A DNA stretch of 64,000 nucleotides from Hormiphora californensis (taxonomy: Eukaryota > Animalia > Ctenophora). The stretch is from NCBI GenBank assembly GCA_020137815.1, contig CM035352.1, positions 8,184,001-8,248,000 on the forward strand, written 5' to 3'. The stretch's first letter is position 1. The number at the start of each line of letters is the position of its first letter. Below the pieces are notes generated by a model. The model made no database searches, was not told where the DNA came from, and saw only the letters and a list, made by a program, of their open reading frames with translations. Of this stretch, positions 51,820-64,000 are shown one piece after another. A program made the position numbers and the translations under genes.

Positions 51820-54800
51820 ATGGGTGTAGCGTATAAGGGGGACGGCAACAAGTCCCCTCCGAATCCCAAGAAACTTTACAGAGCAGCACTAGAGTTATCT
51901 AACCAATGTGATAGCCTGCTGAAATCCAGTCAAATTATCGGTAAGGGATATACAGGTGTTCAGTTGTTTGAAAGAATTCCTTCAACTGGGGGAAGTCTCC
52001 CAATATAGGGTAGCGACTGGCTATTTGAAATGGCGGCTGATTTACAGGCCAGCAGGTGCACCAGATTTGGATTTTCAGACATCAGTGGGCTTGGCATCAG
52101 CTCTGACTAGCCCACTGATTCAAATAGCCAGTCGCTACCCTATGGAACATTTCAACCAAGAATCAATATGCAGTGTATATGAGTAGGAATTGTGTGGCAC
52201 AATCCAATCAACCAATACACTTCAGATTTGTTTACACCGGAGAATACAGCAGTTAGAGATAAATTGAGGAGTGTGGCTGAGAGATTGATGTTCCCTCCAA
52301 CTCAGTTCTCTAGAAAGGGAGAGGACCTTATATGGAAGAAGGGATTCTACGATCTGATCACCCAGGTACTGCAGTTGGATCCCGATATACCGGATATAAT
52401 ATCCCCCCGAGCATCCCGGTAAATCGGGGTCAGATTGTATATACAGTCGGACCCCGATTTAGGGGCCCCCGATTTAGTGGCACCCCGATTTAGGGACAGG
52501 ATTTTTTTCCCCTGATATAGGAAATTAACCTTATTTGACCCCGATTTAGTGGACACCCCGATTTAGTGGACAAGAGCCTTTCCCCCGAGGGTGTCCCTAA
52601 ATCGGGGTCCGACTGTAGTTGCTGTTATTATTTGACCAAAATTAGATAAACTAATTTCTTTGCTAGTGAAAGTTCTCAACAGATGATGATGATCTTCTGG
52701 AGCTTTTAACAAAAGTACCTGTTTCTTTTGATTACTGTGTTAGTTTAGGGAGTCGTTCCTCAGGCCCAGGAAGAACTTTACAGAGAAATTAGATTTCTCC
52801 CCGATTTCTCCGGAGTATTTTACTAAATAAAACTCGTGTTTTGTCTTGTTTCTTTTGATAAACTCATTCCCATTGATGACCTTTAATCCTTAACCCCCCA
52901 GTGCCGAGCAACGAAGGCCCATCAGAGCGGCTCCGTACGGCTGCTCTACAGAGCCCACTTAATGTGTGCTGTCGGTTACTACCAGCAGCTCTTACTGAAA
53001 CTACAGCAACAGTATAGGCTGAATCTGTGTGGTGTTGTGGACTTTGCCCATGATTACTCGGCCGTTGATACGGTAAGAGGGAACATCTGGAATTACTTGA
53101 CACCCCCTGGACCACCCCCTCCACTTGACCCGACACCCCCACTTGACCTGACACCCCCCACTTGACCTGCCCCCTCCACCACTCGAGTGACACCCACTAG
53201 TGGAGAATGAATTTAACATTCTGAATCTAGCTGTTTTAGTTACCTGAGGCTATGATAAAGGAAGGTATCAGTGCGGTTCACCGGTGTTTACTATACCTTG
53301 GAGATCTCGCCAGATATCAGTCAGAGACCTGAGGGAGAAACCTACAAATCTATCTCAAAACGGTATTACATCATCTCTATCATACTTCTACTAGCCAAAT
53401 ATCCTAAATTCAAAATTTAAAATGCAACACTAAATCAATCTAAATGCTTTTTGTGTAGGTTTTACTACCAAGCTCTATTGATAACCCCAGAGGAAGGCCG
53501 GCCTCACAACCAGTTGGGCACTCTTGCTGGCACACTACACGAGGGGCTGGACGCTGCATACCATTACATGCGGTGCCTATCTAGCACGGTCAGTACGGGG
53601 ATGGGGGTTAACCCAACTGTATCAGACATCCATATTGGTTAGGGTGGGGGAGGGGGGGGGGTTAGGGGCTGGACGCTGCGTACCATTACATGCGGTGCCT
53701 ATCTAGCACGGTAAGTTGCAGCCTTTGGATCATGGTGACTCAAAGTAGCCTAATTTATCTTTTTACGCGGTGTCATAATAATTACTGATGTTTTAAATAC
53801 GAACTACGAACTGAACTTGGTAATGAAATTACCTCTCACCGTGCTGTGAGCTCCTGGCGTAGTAGGGTGACTTCGTAACTAATTCCTGATCCTAACTATC
53901 CCACAGATCCCTTTCCCTGGTGCGGGAGATAATCTAAAGGGAGTATTCAACAAGGTTAACAGCATGTCTAAGGACATTATGTGTAGTCCTGAGTCGTACA
54001 CCCCAACTCGACGGTTCCTAATATGTTTTCTGCTACTGGCTGATAAGTTATCTGGACCTGTATCAATGTCCGAGGTAAGTAACATGGGATGAATTATAAT
54101 TTTGTGGCACCCCTTCCCACTAAAATTTATGGCATGCACAAAAAACTTTCGATTTTCGTTATCCCCAACACCGGGTGGTTAGTGCAAGTGGTTTGATGAA
54201 TTGCTCTCTAAGGGCCGATATAAGTAGATGTAGTTCGGGAATTGAACGTGTGGTACATCACCAGGGCACACTTTGTGTTCATACTTTGTGTAACGCGCGA
54301 GAATGTCCAATTGTTGAAAGGACCCTCCTTCAAACTCCACCCATTCACGTGTGCGCGCAGAACAGTTTGCCATGGCCGGGAATCCAGAGCCGATTTTCCA
54401 GATCCAATGGCTCAGCTCTGGAGTGGCCCTATCGGCTATCCCTCCCCCCATTGACATGGCCATTCAATATTAACATTCAATAAAATTAAAATATGTCACA
54501 TTCCCTCAGGTCGATCAGCTTGTCCGTAGTCTTGGCGGTGATTTTGCTGACTGCTACAACGACAACCCATCACCCTTCTCTCCTGATCTTGTCCTAAAGA
54601 TAATCACCATGGTTATAATGCTCGCGGAGAATGCTCTCGCCCCGGAGGGTGATTCCGTGCAACCCAAGCTGTTAGTTGAGTTTGTGATGGAGCTAATGGG
54701 GACTCTCCTGACGGTGACAATTCAGCAGCTGAGAGAAGTTTTATCTTCACCCGAACCTCAGCTACTACAAGGATTACGAGGTATTATACAGGAACCGACC

Positions 54801-57529
54801 GAAACAAGTAAACAACCAATCAGAACTCGTTATTTAGGTCACGTGACTGGTTATCAGCCAATCAGGGACCAGCATTTCCTGATTCGGTCGGTTCCTGATA
54901 TTATAGTTGTGGTTTTATTGTTTTCTAGTCCTGAAAGTTGTCATACTACATGACTGTAACATCACGGACGGTTCGGAGAGGGTAGACTTTTGTGTGAGAG
55001 GGTCGGGCAAGGCATGCTGTCAATATCACTCTTTATCTCTCTTTATCCAGGCAACAACAACAGTGATCTGGATGAGCGGCTACTACGATCTCTACAGGCC
55101 ATCTCAACTCAGCCCCTCTTACACCCTCTTAAAATATTAGGTAACTTACATCTATAACAGTCTACACAACCCCCCCCCCCCCCCATTTAGTGGTATCCAA
55201 CTCTGAATCAGAGTCTGATATTTAAATGTTGTGTTTTCAGGAGATTGGATAAAAGCTCGACACCATCTTATTTCGAGCAACATCAGCGGCAGTTTCTGGG
55301 CTCAGTTCGCTGAGTTTCTAAATCTCCTTCCTCACACCCAACTACTGGAAAAGGTAACTCCTGATAATGACAATTAAGCCTATAAATTTGTTTCCCTGCC
55401 ATTACCCGTTTGGTTGCACCGACACAAACTGAACTGATCATACTACGTGACTCCTGATGTGGCAGTATTTTTTGAGATAAAACTGAACCCACAGTTAGAT
55501 GAAGCAAAGCTAGGGAAGTGGTGAAGCCCTTAACACAAGCTGAAGCCATAACACAAGCTGTATTTCAAGGTTGTCAAGACGGGATTTAGGAATTTACAGC
55601 AGAGTGTCGCACTACCAGAGGATGTTAATGTCCGGGGTCTAGGTCCACTCTCTACTCTCCACGATCAACTTGCTTTCCCTCCTCTTTCACCAGGTTTGAA
55701 CGGGGGTTTTATCACCGGTTTTTATCATTTTGAGGATGTTGGGTTGTTTCAAATCCATGCTCGCCCCAAAACCGTGAATCGACCTATTTTTTTAAAAATC
55801 TGTCGTAACTACGTGTAGCTAATAAACGTTTGTTTGTTTGTTCTAGATCTCGAGATAATTGATGAGTTTGCTCTGCGTGTTCTCTGTTTAAAGTCAGTTG
55901 GACAGTTTGGGGCACACCTTCGTCCCAGGCCAGGTCTCCAGCATGACATATCCAGGGATTTCTACACACCCATCCACTCTAAACCACAGTAAATGACATA
56001 TGGGGCGAGGGGGGGGGGCAGTCAGGGAGGGGCGAGGGGGCAGTCAGTGGGTTAGGGGGCAGTCAGGGAGGAGGCAGTGTTTGATCCTTCAGATTTATGG
56101 GCACGAATGTGTCGAATTTAAGCTAAATCCTGAGATATTATCCCCTCAGAATCACCCCCATGAACGATGAAGAAAGGCGACTACAAATGAAAACAATGGG
56201 CAGACTAAAACTACAAATGGACGTTAAGGCTCTGGAGTGCTCAGCTAGCCAGTTTGACTCTCTGTCTCCCTTCCTTGTCCCTGCTACCAGTACGGTGTGC
56301 CTTCACTTGCGGACTGTAAAGTTATTGGTTGCTACGCAACGGAGTGTCATTATCATACCTAAACAGGTGTGTGTTGTTGAGGGAGGGTCATTATCATACC
56401 TAAACAGGTGTGTGTTGTTGAAGGGAGGGTCAGAGGGGAGGGGCAATAATGTGTGTGATGTCTTTAGGGGGGATATATTGCACAATAACGTGTGTGTGAT
56501 GTCTTTAGGAAAGGGGGTGGGGGAGAAAGAAGAAAGGTTGGCTTATTTCCCATTGTTTTACATCCAGCACAAGCCATTTCACAATGTTATGTTGTCGTAG
56601 CGATATCAGATATACATAGCTCTAATAATCGCATTTGTGTACAGGTAATTAACGACCTTGATGGCCTAAAGAAGAGCAGGGAAAACCACTACGCCCGGGA
56701 GGCTATCAAATACTTCGAGAACATGTTCAAGAATGGAAACTGGTGGCTAAGAAGTCAGGGGGAACAGGAAACACTCCCTGTAAGTAAAACTAATAAATAG
56801 TGGTCTGCGGAGCGCGCGAGAACTGTGGTCAGAGCATTGGCCTGACAGGGTCTAACGGATTTTTGTTGCCGGTACAGTTCTCAACACCGGTACAGTTGTT
56901 GTTGTCAAGCCGGTACAGCTGTCACACACACGGCACACGCCGGAAACTGTGTCCACAAAGTATGAACAACGCTGTTGAATCAACGGTACAGCGCAGCTCT
57001 ATAATCCCCCCATTTAATTAATATCCCTCTCTCTCCCTTCCGACTAGGTGAAGGACCAACCGAATTCTCCAGAGATGGCGTGTTTCCTAAATGTGCTCAG
57101 TTGCTGTCTCTACCTAGCAAATAAGAGTCAGGGTATTGTAACTCTACTGGTCCCCGATGATGCTGTATCGGCTGCCAAGGCCCAGAAAAGCTGCAACCAA
57201 CCAAACAACTACACAGGTAGGAAGGGGCCGGGTAGGGTAGGGAAATGTCGTAGTGAATGGAAACCCATAATTGTTGGTCAAGACCATGTTCATAATCCCT
57301 TTTTGGATCCTCTCTCTCTCCGTCTAACTTGTTGGTCTAACTTGTTGGTTGGACCCAGTCTAACTTAGATTTAGAACAAACCCCACCCTCAATTCCTCTA
57401 GGTAACTTGCCCAGTGGAGAACTAATGGAGCTAGCAAAGAGGTACGGTATACGAGTGGAGGGTGCTCTAGAATTCTATAGCAAGTGGACAATGAGTAGCA
57501 GACACGGGAAAATAGGACGCGGCAAATGA
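51820..57529 (+). CDS. SMG5: Nonsense-mediated decay factor SMG5 (EST1/14-3-3-like plus PIN), multi-exon
   Basis: PKKLYR; FSRKGEDLIWKKGFYDLI; HRCLLYLGDLARYQ; RFYYQALLITPEEGRPHNQLGTLAG; MKTMGRLKLQMDV; PIN-like SPFLVP...IIIPKQVINDLDGLKK...AREAIKYFE; stop at 57527-57529. Confidence 0.9.
52444..52615. mobile_element. Tc1/mariner/pogo-type MITE with TA TSD in an SMG5 intron
   Basis: TA-cagtcggaccccgattta...taaatcggggtccgactg-TA. A related shorter copy sits immediately upstream (~52371-52438). Confidence 0.85.
54789..54897. mobile_element. 109-bp hAT-like MITE directly after an SMG5 splice donor
   Basis: TIRs caggaaccgaccgaa / ttcggtcggttcctg. Flanks gtattata / atattata match at 7 of 8 positions. 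Confidence 0.8.
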
Positions 57530-58010
57530 GAGACGATATGGTACTTTTTAGAAAGAACCAAGAGAGAACACTTTACTTTTATTAGCAAAAGACTGGTGAT
57601 ATGTTGACCAAAAATGAGAGAATATGCGGCCAGCGTGTAAATGAAGTTTTGCTGGACAAAAATGTGCGACCAATTTCAAGTTCTGACTTGTTGAGTATTA
57701 AGTTCTGACGTGAGACTGTTTGTCATTTTTTCGTTATGTAAATAGGAGTTCACACGATGAGGCCAGATAATTTATCGTTAAGAGATCCATCTCAACCAAC
57801 TGCATGCAATTACAAATTAATTGCAATTTGCAACCACCAGTCCCGGGACACTTCCGATCCCGCGCTAGGCTGACAGCTGTCCCGCTGAAGGATTCCGCGC
57901 CGTCCTCTCTACACCTCTGTCACGGCGCGCTACATCATTCCAACCCTGAGTTGCAACACGCAAACTGGTGATGAAGCAGGTCCCAATAACCAACACTTTT
58001 CCCGGTACAT

Positions 58011-58063
<53 letters not shown>

Positions 58064-58377
58064 AAGAGAGAGATTGTGATGGTTTAGCACCTCCATCTCA
58101 AATGAAGGAGCGTGTGTGAGATATTGGCAATAAAAACATCTGTTGGCTATCGGTTGTGAAACTAAGTTGAAACTGAACAAACACATAAAATTTATCTCTC
58201 AAAATCATCACTTTTATAATATTTGCCTAACTTTAAACATCCAAGATAAATACGAAAAGCAACAACCCGAGTGTCTTCCAATTCCAAACCGGCTGGAAAC
58301 ATTCTACATCAAATACAACCTTGATAAATTGAAATTTAAAATAAGGAGAAAAATAAAACAACGCACTACACAGATAT

Positions 58378-61300
58378 CTATTCTTCTTCTGAGTCAGTAT
58401 TTATAAGTCCACGATACTCAATATCTTGTTTGGATCTCGCATCTCTCTTCCTCTTTCGGAGATAGTACACGATAGCGATAGCAGTGGAAACTAGAACCAC
58501 AAGTCCAATAACTGCAGCAGCACGCTGACGAACCTTCTCTTGAGCCTTTCTGTTCTCAATCTGAAATAATGTGTGGGTTTAGTGGCACAAAAATTAGAAA
58601 AAGTAAGCTCCGATAAGTTTATTTTCATTTCAAAAAGTATTTGAAACAGGACAATATATTGGCCCCCACAATAATCACCTGATCATATTCCTAAAGTTAA
58701 TTTGTTAATCACCTGATCGTTAGAGTCTCCATCCAGGAACAGGGTGATCTTGGTCGGTTGAGGCAGTTGACCCCAATCCACCTGCCCCACAACATAATGG
58801 TGCTCATGGGGACTGTACCCCTCAGCAGTCACAGTAAACGTGTAACTCCCCTCAGGGGCTATCCTCCAAAACATCCCACCCGACCCTGACACCACATCCA
58901 AACCGAGTTCGGGGCAGGAAATATTAGCCCCCACAATAGGGTCCCCTGCCGAATCAGCCACTACCCCAGCGAACCCTTGTCTAGAGTTAGAGATGTGGGT
59001 GATCAGAGACCAGTAGTGGTCTCTGTACATTCGTAACAGCTGGTCCTCCTTGGGGTACTTAGTACACCCCATCTCCACAGTTATCTCTAGTGTACCACAG
59101 TGAAGATAGTTCCAGTCCCCCATACCACCGTATAGAGGGTACCACTCTGCACCATTGCTGATTCCCCCGGTAAACTGGTCTCCATCACAGATCTTATCTC
59201 CTCTCCACATTGTTGGGTGGGCTTTAGCGTAGCTGGAAGCAAGGTATCTAAACACTGTATCATCTGGTGATTTGGAGTATCCAGGAGCGGTTGATTTGTC
59301 CTCCCTTCCATCATATGGGTAACAAGCAACTAGAGAACCTCCATGAAGTGAGATGGAGGTTGTGAAGTTGTGGGACATCGTCCAGTTCATTATGGCACTA
59401 GTTTCAGGCTGTAAATCTACCTCACTGTCCTGAAACTGGTCCGGGAAGTTTCTATTTAGATCAACATCAGCACCGTTTCGTCTCCCTGTAGTGATTTGGG
59501 TAGGTTGGATCGTCCACGTCGTAGACACCCGCCGCGAACCCGTCCTGGGTTCATGGATGGAAGAAAGTGGATATCCAGATTTTCGAGGAGTTTCCCGACT
59601 AGATCATCAGTTGTGGATGCTGTACAGAGATACTGGACAAGGTTTATCAAACTCTCCCTACCAACTGCTTCGTTACCATGGATACCACCAATCAGTTTAA
59701 TCTGCTGTGATCCCTTCCCCATTTGGAGGACCTCTCATCACCTCACCCTTGGCACTGTGCCCAATATCATACCGTGACGTCACTCCAGGACAAGACTTGA
59801 TGACGTCATCAATGACTCCCAGCAGCTGATTGTGGTTGTGGTAGGAGAGGGACAGGGGCATTCTGTGAAGAGTGACTGTCACAGAGTTCTCCTCTCCGGA
59901 CAAGAACTTTACAGCCCGGTAGAAACTAGTTGATATAAACTCTACAGTGGAGGGCTCGCTGACATCCACAACTCCCTTTGTTTCTCCCATTTTTAGCACT
60001 TCCTTCCCGTTTATCACCACAGTAACACTCTCACCCACATCACCTCCACCCTGTACAGATAGTATCACCTCAACTCCCTTATCTTGTTCATCCTCCTCCA
60101 GCACGACAATCCTATCAGACACCATACTGGGGATGATGATCTCCGGGGCAGGGACAGGAACCGGGGGATCAAATATAGCAACCTCACTCTCGTTCCACTT
60201 TGAGGTGTTTGTGTAGAGTGTGAAATTGTACATGACCTGATAATCCTCAACTTCAACCTCGACTTGTTTCGACCTCATTTCCCCCTTTTCAGCCCAGATC
60301 ACGTGTTTACCAGGGGTTAACAACCGGTAGTAATCTCCCTGTTTCTGAGACAGCACCGTTTTGGATGAACCCTCCACATGAACAGTAGCTCCCTCAATTA
60401 CAGCCCCATCCTCTGTCCCCACCCAACCAATAACACTGTGCCGGATAGCAGCTAGATACTGGACTAGGGAGACTCTATTGTTAGCCCAGTATATCGGTAG
60501 ATCTGATCCAGGGGGATACTTGTTGCACCCTTGTTCGATGGTGATCTCAAAACAGTCGGCCACTACGTAGTTGTAGTCTTGCATTCCGCCAGTGACGGCG
60601 TACCAGTGGTTACCGTTTGTAATACCATCTGTTGGTAGAGGGGGGGGTGGGTTAGAGAGGGGATGGGTTAGAGACTAGAGAGGGATGGGTTAGTCGAGAC
60701 TAGAGAGGGATGTGTTAGAGAGGGATGGGTTAGAGAGGGGATGGGGATAGAGAGGGATGGGTTAGAGACTAGAGAGGGATGGGTTAGAGCTGAGAGGGGC
60801 GGGTTAGAGACTAGAGAGGAATGGGTTAGAGAGAGATGGAAAGAGGGACACCTGGTATAATAGAGGGAATGATATAGCGAGAGAGGTGGAATGTAATGAG
60901 AAATGACACCGTGTCATTGCCATTGTAGATGAGATCGGGTTGAGAAGATATAGACACTAATGAACATCTAGTGTGGCACTAATGAACATCTAGTGTGACA
61001 CTAATGAACATCTAGTGTGGCACTAATGAACATCTAGTGTGACACTAATGAACATCTAGTGTGACACTAATGAACATCTAGTGTGACACTAATGAACATC
61101 TAGTGTGACACTAATGAACATCTAGTGTGACACTAATGAACATCTAGTGTGACACTAATGAACATCTAGTGTGACACTAATGAACATCTAGTGTGACACT
61201 AATGAACATCTAGTGTGACACTAATGAACATCTAGTGTGACACTAATGAACATCTAGTGTGACACTAATGAACATCTAGTGTGACACTAATGAACATCTA

Positions 61301-63676
61301 GTGTGACACTAATGAACATCTAGTGTGGCACTAATGAACATCTAGTGTGGCACTAATGAACATCTAGTGTGACACTAATGAACATCTAGTGTGACACTAA
61401 TGAACATCTAGTGTGACACTAATGAACATCTAGTGTGGCACTAATGAACATCTAGTGTGGCACTAATGAACATCTAATGAACATCTAAATAAAGTAATAC
61501 CACTGTGTAATGAACATCTAGAGCTAGAAGTGCAAACCACAACCAATAGTATTACCTGGGAATTCTACTTTGTTTCCCCCACAATCCAGTCCTAGTTTCA
61601 TTTGAGGGTGGTTGCTAGCGTACACCCTGGAGATATTACGAAACAATTCATCATCAGGTGTAGGTGAATCCTTCCTTGCCCCACTTTGTCCAGATTCAGT
61701 GTCATCAAAAGGGTAATTAGCCACTAGACTCCCTCCGTGAAGGTTCGCAGACAAGACAAAGGGTGTGTTAGATAGCCAGTCGATCACTGCTTTTGTCTCC
61801 GGTTGTCGCTCAGCATCAGCATCCAGATCAAACCGGCTCGGGAAGTCTCTGTTAATATCGATATTATGTGCGTTGTTCCGGCCAATGTTTCCTGGCTGAT
61901 CCTGGCCCACTTCAGCCACTTCAAAGCCGTCAGGGTTCAGTGTCGGCATCAGATGGATCCGAGTAGTTTTAACGAGGGATGTTAGGTAGGGGTCTGTGTT
62001 GTAATTCTGGAGGAGGAGCCTGGCCAGGGAGACAAGGAGAGAGCGTCCTACCACTTCATTCCCGTGCATATTCGCTGAAAAGAGAGGTATATTATGTTGT
62101 GAGATTAGTCAGGCACTAACATCTCGCACGCTGTGAATAATGAGATCTGAGCAAGAATTTCAATTCTTGCTCAGGTCTCATTACTCCGAATATCAATTAA
62201 TCTATCCTTAACCGAGATTTGCCCGAGTATGTGTGAAATTTCCCTATTCATCTGTTGTACAGAGGGCGTGAGTGTGTATCAGCACTAGAAGGAGATATCA
62301 AAATCCTGTATCTCGCACACTGTGATGTGTAATGTGAGGGTATAAACTATCGAGTTAGTTATTATAGCAGGTACTGTTTAAACTTGTGTCGGATATTTAG
62401 TCAGCTCAGTAAAATTATCCAGTGCGGACATGGTATTATTGGGATTGTGGAACATATGTGAACAATTTCACACTAGAGCATACAACTCACATTCACACTA
62501 GATACACAACTCAGATATTGGTGGACCAGATTATAGGAACAGATCTGGTGTATAGTACTAGCAATCATCCAATTGTACACTGTCCCTCACATAAAACAGC
62601 TCATATTAGAAAGAGTAGTACAATTCGAACACAATGCCCAACACCGTACAATTTTATTGCCATTGAGTTTGTTGAAGCAATTCTTTTAACAGGTGAATGC
62701 GAATATAATTTCACATGCCGTTTAAGGCAAGATTAGACGTGCTCGAAAAGGTACCCACGCACATAACTTTCTGGCTTTGTACAGTCGGATCCCGATTTAC
62801 CGGGCCCCGATAAACCGGGCACCCCGATTTACCGGGAAAAACCCTTTCCCCCGACCATCCCGGTTAATCGGGGTCCGACTGTACATGGGTAGTTACATAC
62901 CTACGTATTTGAACTCGGGAATACCGGGAGTGTGCTTATCAGGATGTAGTCCAATAGCAATCACCATCAAATCTCGACCTTCAACCGACTTCCCAATACT
63001 GCAATGTAATATTTAATAATCATAATTATTCATCATTGGCATATCTTTCATGCTTACATTATCTATGCTCATATTATATGATCTTTTAAAAAAATTCCCC
63101 TGGGATTCGACCCTAATTTTCTTTGAAACTGTGCCTTTGTCCAATTCCCGGAAAATGCCATTATACCGACTTTATAAGAGTTCACACATAAAGTTAATAA
63201 CACTTATCCTAGATTTCAATGTCATGGGGTAAAATGTATAACCATGTACAATACATGATGGCTGATGCCAATACAAGAAGATGTACAAGATACACACCTG
63301 TAAAGATGGGTGATATCAGGGTACTCCTTGTGAAGAGAGTGAAGGGTGGAGTTTAGTTCTGTAAAATGCTGGTGCTCCCTTGGTACTGGGTCAATGTTTC
63401 CCAGTGTCACGTCTGGAATAGCTGCTGATCCAAATTTAACAGGAACTCCAGTAACAGTCACAGGGTTGTATGGTCCTGGCGGGGGAATTATAGTGATCAG
63501 TGATTGGGTTCTACCATTTTTAAATGGAAGTGGATATAGGAAGATAGAGAATGAAGGTTAGAGGTTGGAATTACCCCTTCGCTAGCAAGGTTAGAGGTGG
63601 AGGAATCTTCCAGGAGGATCAGGAAGTAGAGATACACTGCCAAAAACAAACAATAGCGGGACAGTGAGACACCCAT
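58378..63676 (-). CDS. CPD: Carboxypeptidase D-like (M14B): signal peptide, two CP domains, TM helix, cytosolic tail
   Basis: Domain 1: [44 protein letters not shown]. Domain 2: [38 protein letters not shown]. Last exon has the TM segment and the tail [12 protein letters not shown]. Frameshifts near 59530 and 59720. Confidence 0.9.
60650..60840. repeat. gagagggatgggtta degenerate tandem repeat in a CPD intron
   Basis: Tandem units. Confidence 0.75.
60953..61487. repeat. 22-bp minisatellite gacactaatgaacatctagtgt, ~24 copies, in a CPD intron
   Basis: Near-perfect head-to-tail units with no spacers. Confidence 0.97.
62782..62881. mobile_element. CAGTCGGA-family MITE with TA TSD in a CPD intron
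   Basis: TA-cagtcggatcccgatt...aatcggggtccgactg-TA. Confidence 0.8.
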
Positions 63677-63745
63677 ATCCAATGAGGGTAAAACATGTAC
63701 ACACATTACAAGATTCAAGATTACAATTCAATCCCCTCTTACAGA

Positions 63746-64000
63746 TCTCTATTATAATTTGGAGATGAACGACGTAGTGATGGCCGTTCGTTCAGCGGTA
63801 TCTAAGCGACAGACTACTCCTTCATAAAACACTTTATGTGCCCAAAGCTGTAAAGCTGTTGTTTACACTTTTGGAACTTCCAGTAGAAGTTTGTTGATAT
63901 TTTCGAATGAATTTTAACATGCCAGTCCCCGTAGTTACCAATTCAGATGCCATGGCAACCGTGTTATTGACGTTGAAAGGGGCGAAAAGAAACACCCGGC
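63746..64000 (+). mobile_element. 5' end of a related Helitron
   Basis: A|tctctattataatttggagatgaacgacgt matches the terminus at 1829 (tctctattataagttggagatgaacgtcgt), then diverges. Confidence 0.6.

Noticed and set aside
59497-59760. Programmed frameshifts or pseudogenisation in CPD (also NSMAF ~29110, SMG5 ~53330)
   Set aside because: Scattered 1-nt indels in otherwise conserved genes, in an assembly with evident indel noise, are most simply errors
60953-61487. CRISPR-like array of palindromic repeats
   Set aside because: No unique spacers, no cas genes, and it lies in a eukaryotic intron, so it is a minisatellite

Overview
This window is eukaryotic, intron-rich animal genomic DNA, not prokaryotic. 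Gene style, tiny introns and a CAGGAACCGACCGAA MITE suggest a ctenophore-like invertebrate, but that is inference only. Minus-strand genes, in one co-directional run: Wnt, a hypothetical multi-exon gene, YJU2/CCDC94, NSMAF/FAN, AKAP10 and CaMKII (exons 1-2 only). Plus strand: BCS1 and SMG5. Minus strand again: a two-domain carboxypeptidase D. Bases ~1.7-19.8 kb are three successive copies of the CaMKII 5' region. Comparing them reveals filled and empty sites for a non-autonomous Helitron, a CR1/L2-type LINE with an intact APE-RT ORF and a 2.9-kb foldback element. Many MITEs, minisatellites and microsatellites are present. Two diverged repeats flanking BCS1 keep the same multi-branched fold through compensatory changes. 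Six genes have a splice acceptor just upstream of the ATG, consistent with trans-splicing or operons. Single-base frameshifts in conserved genes and garbled stretches indicate an error-prone long-read assembly.
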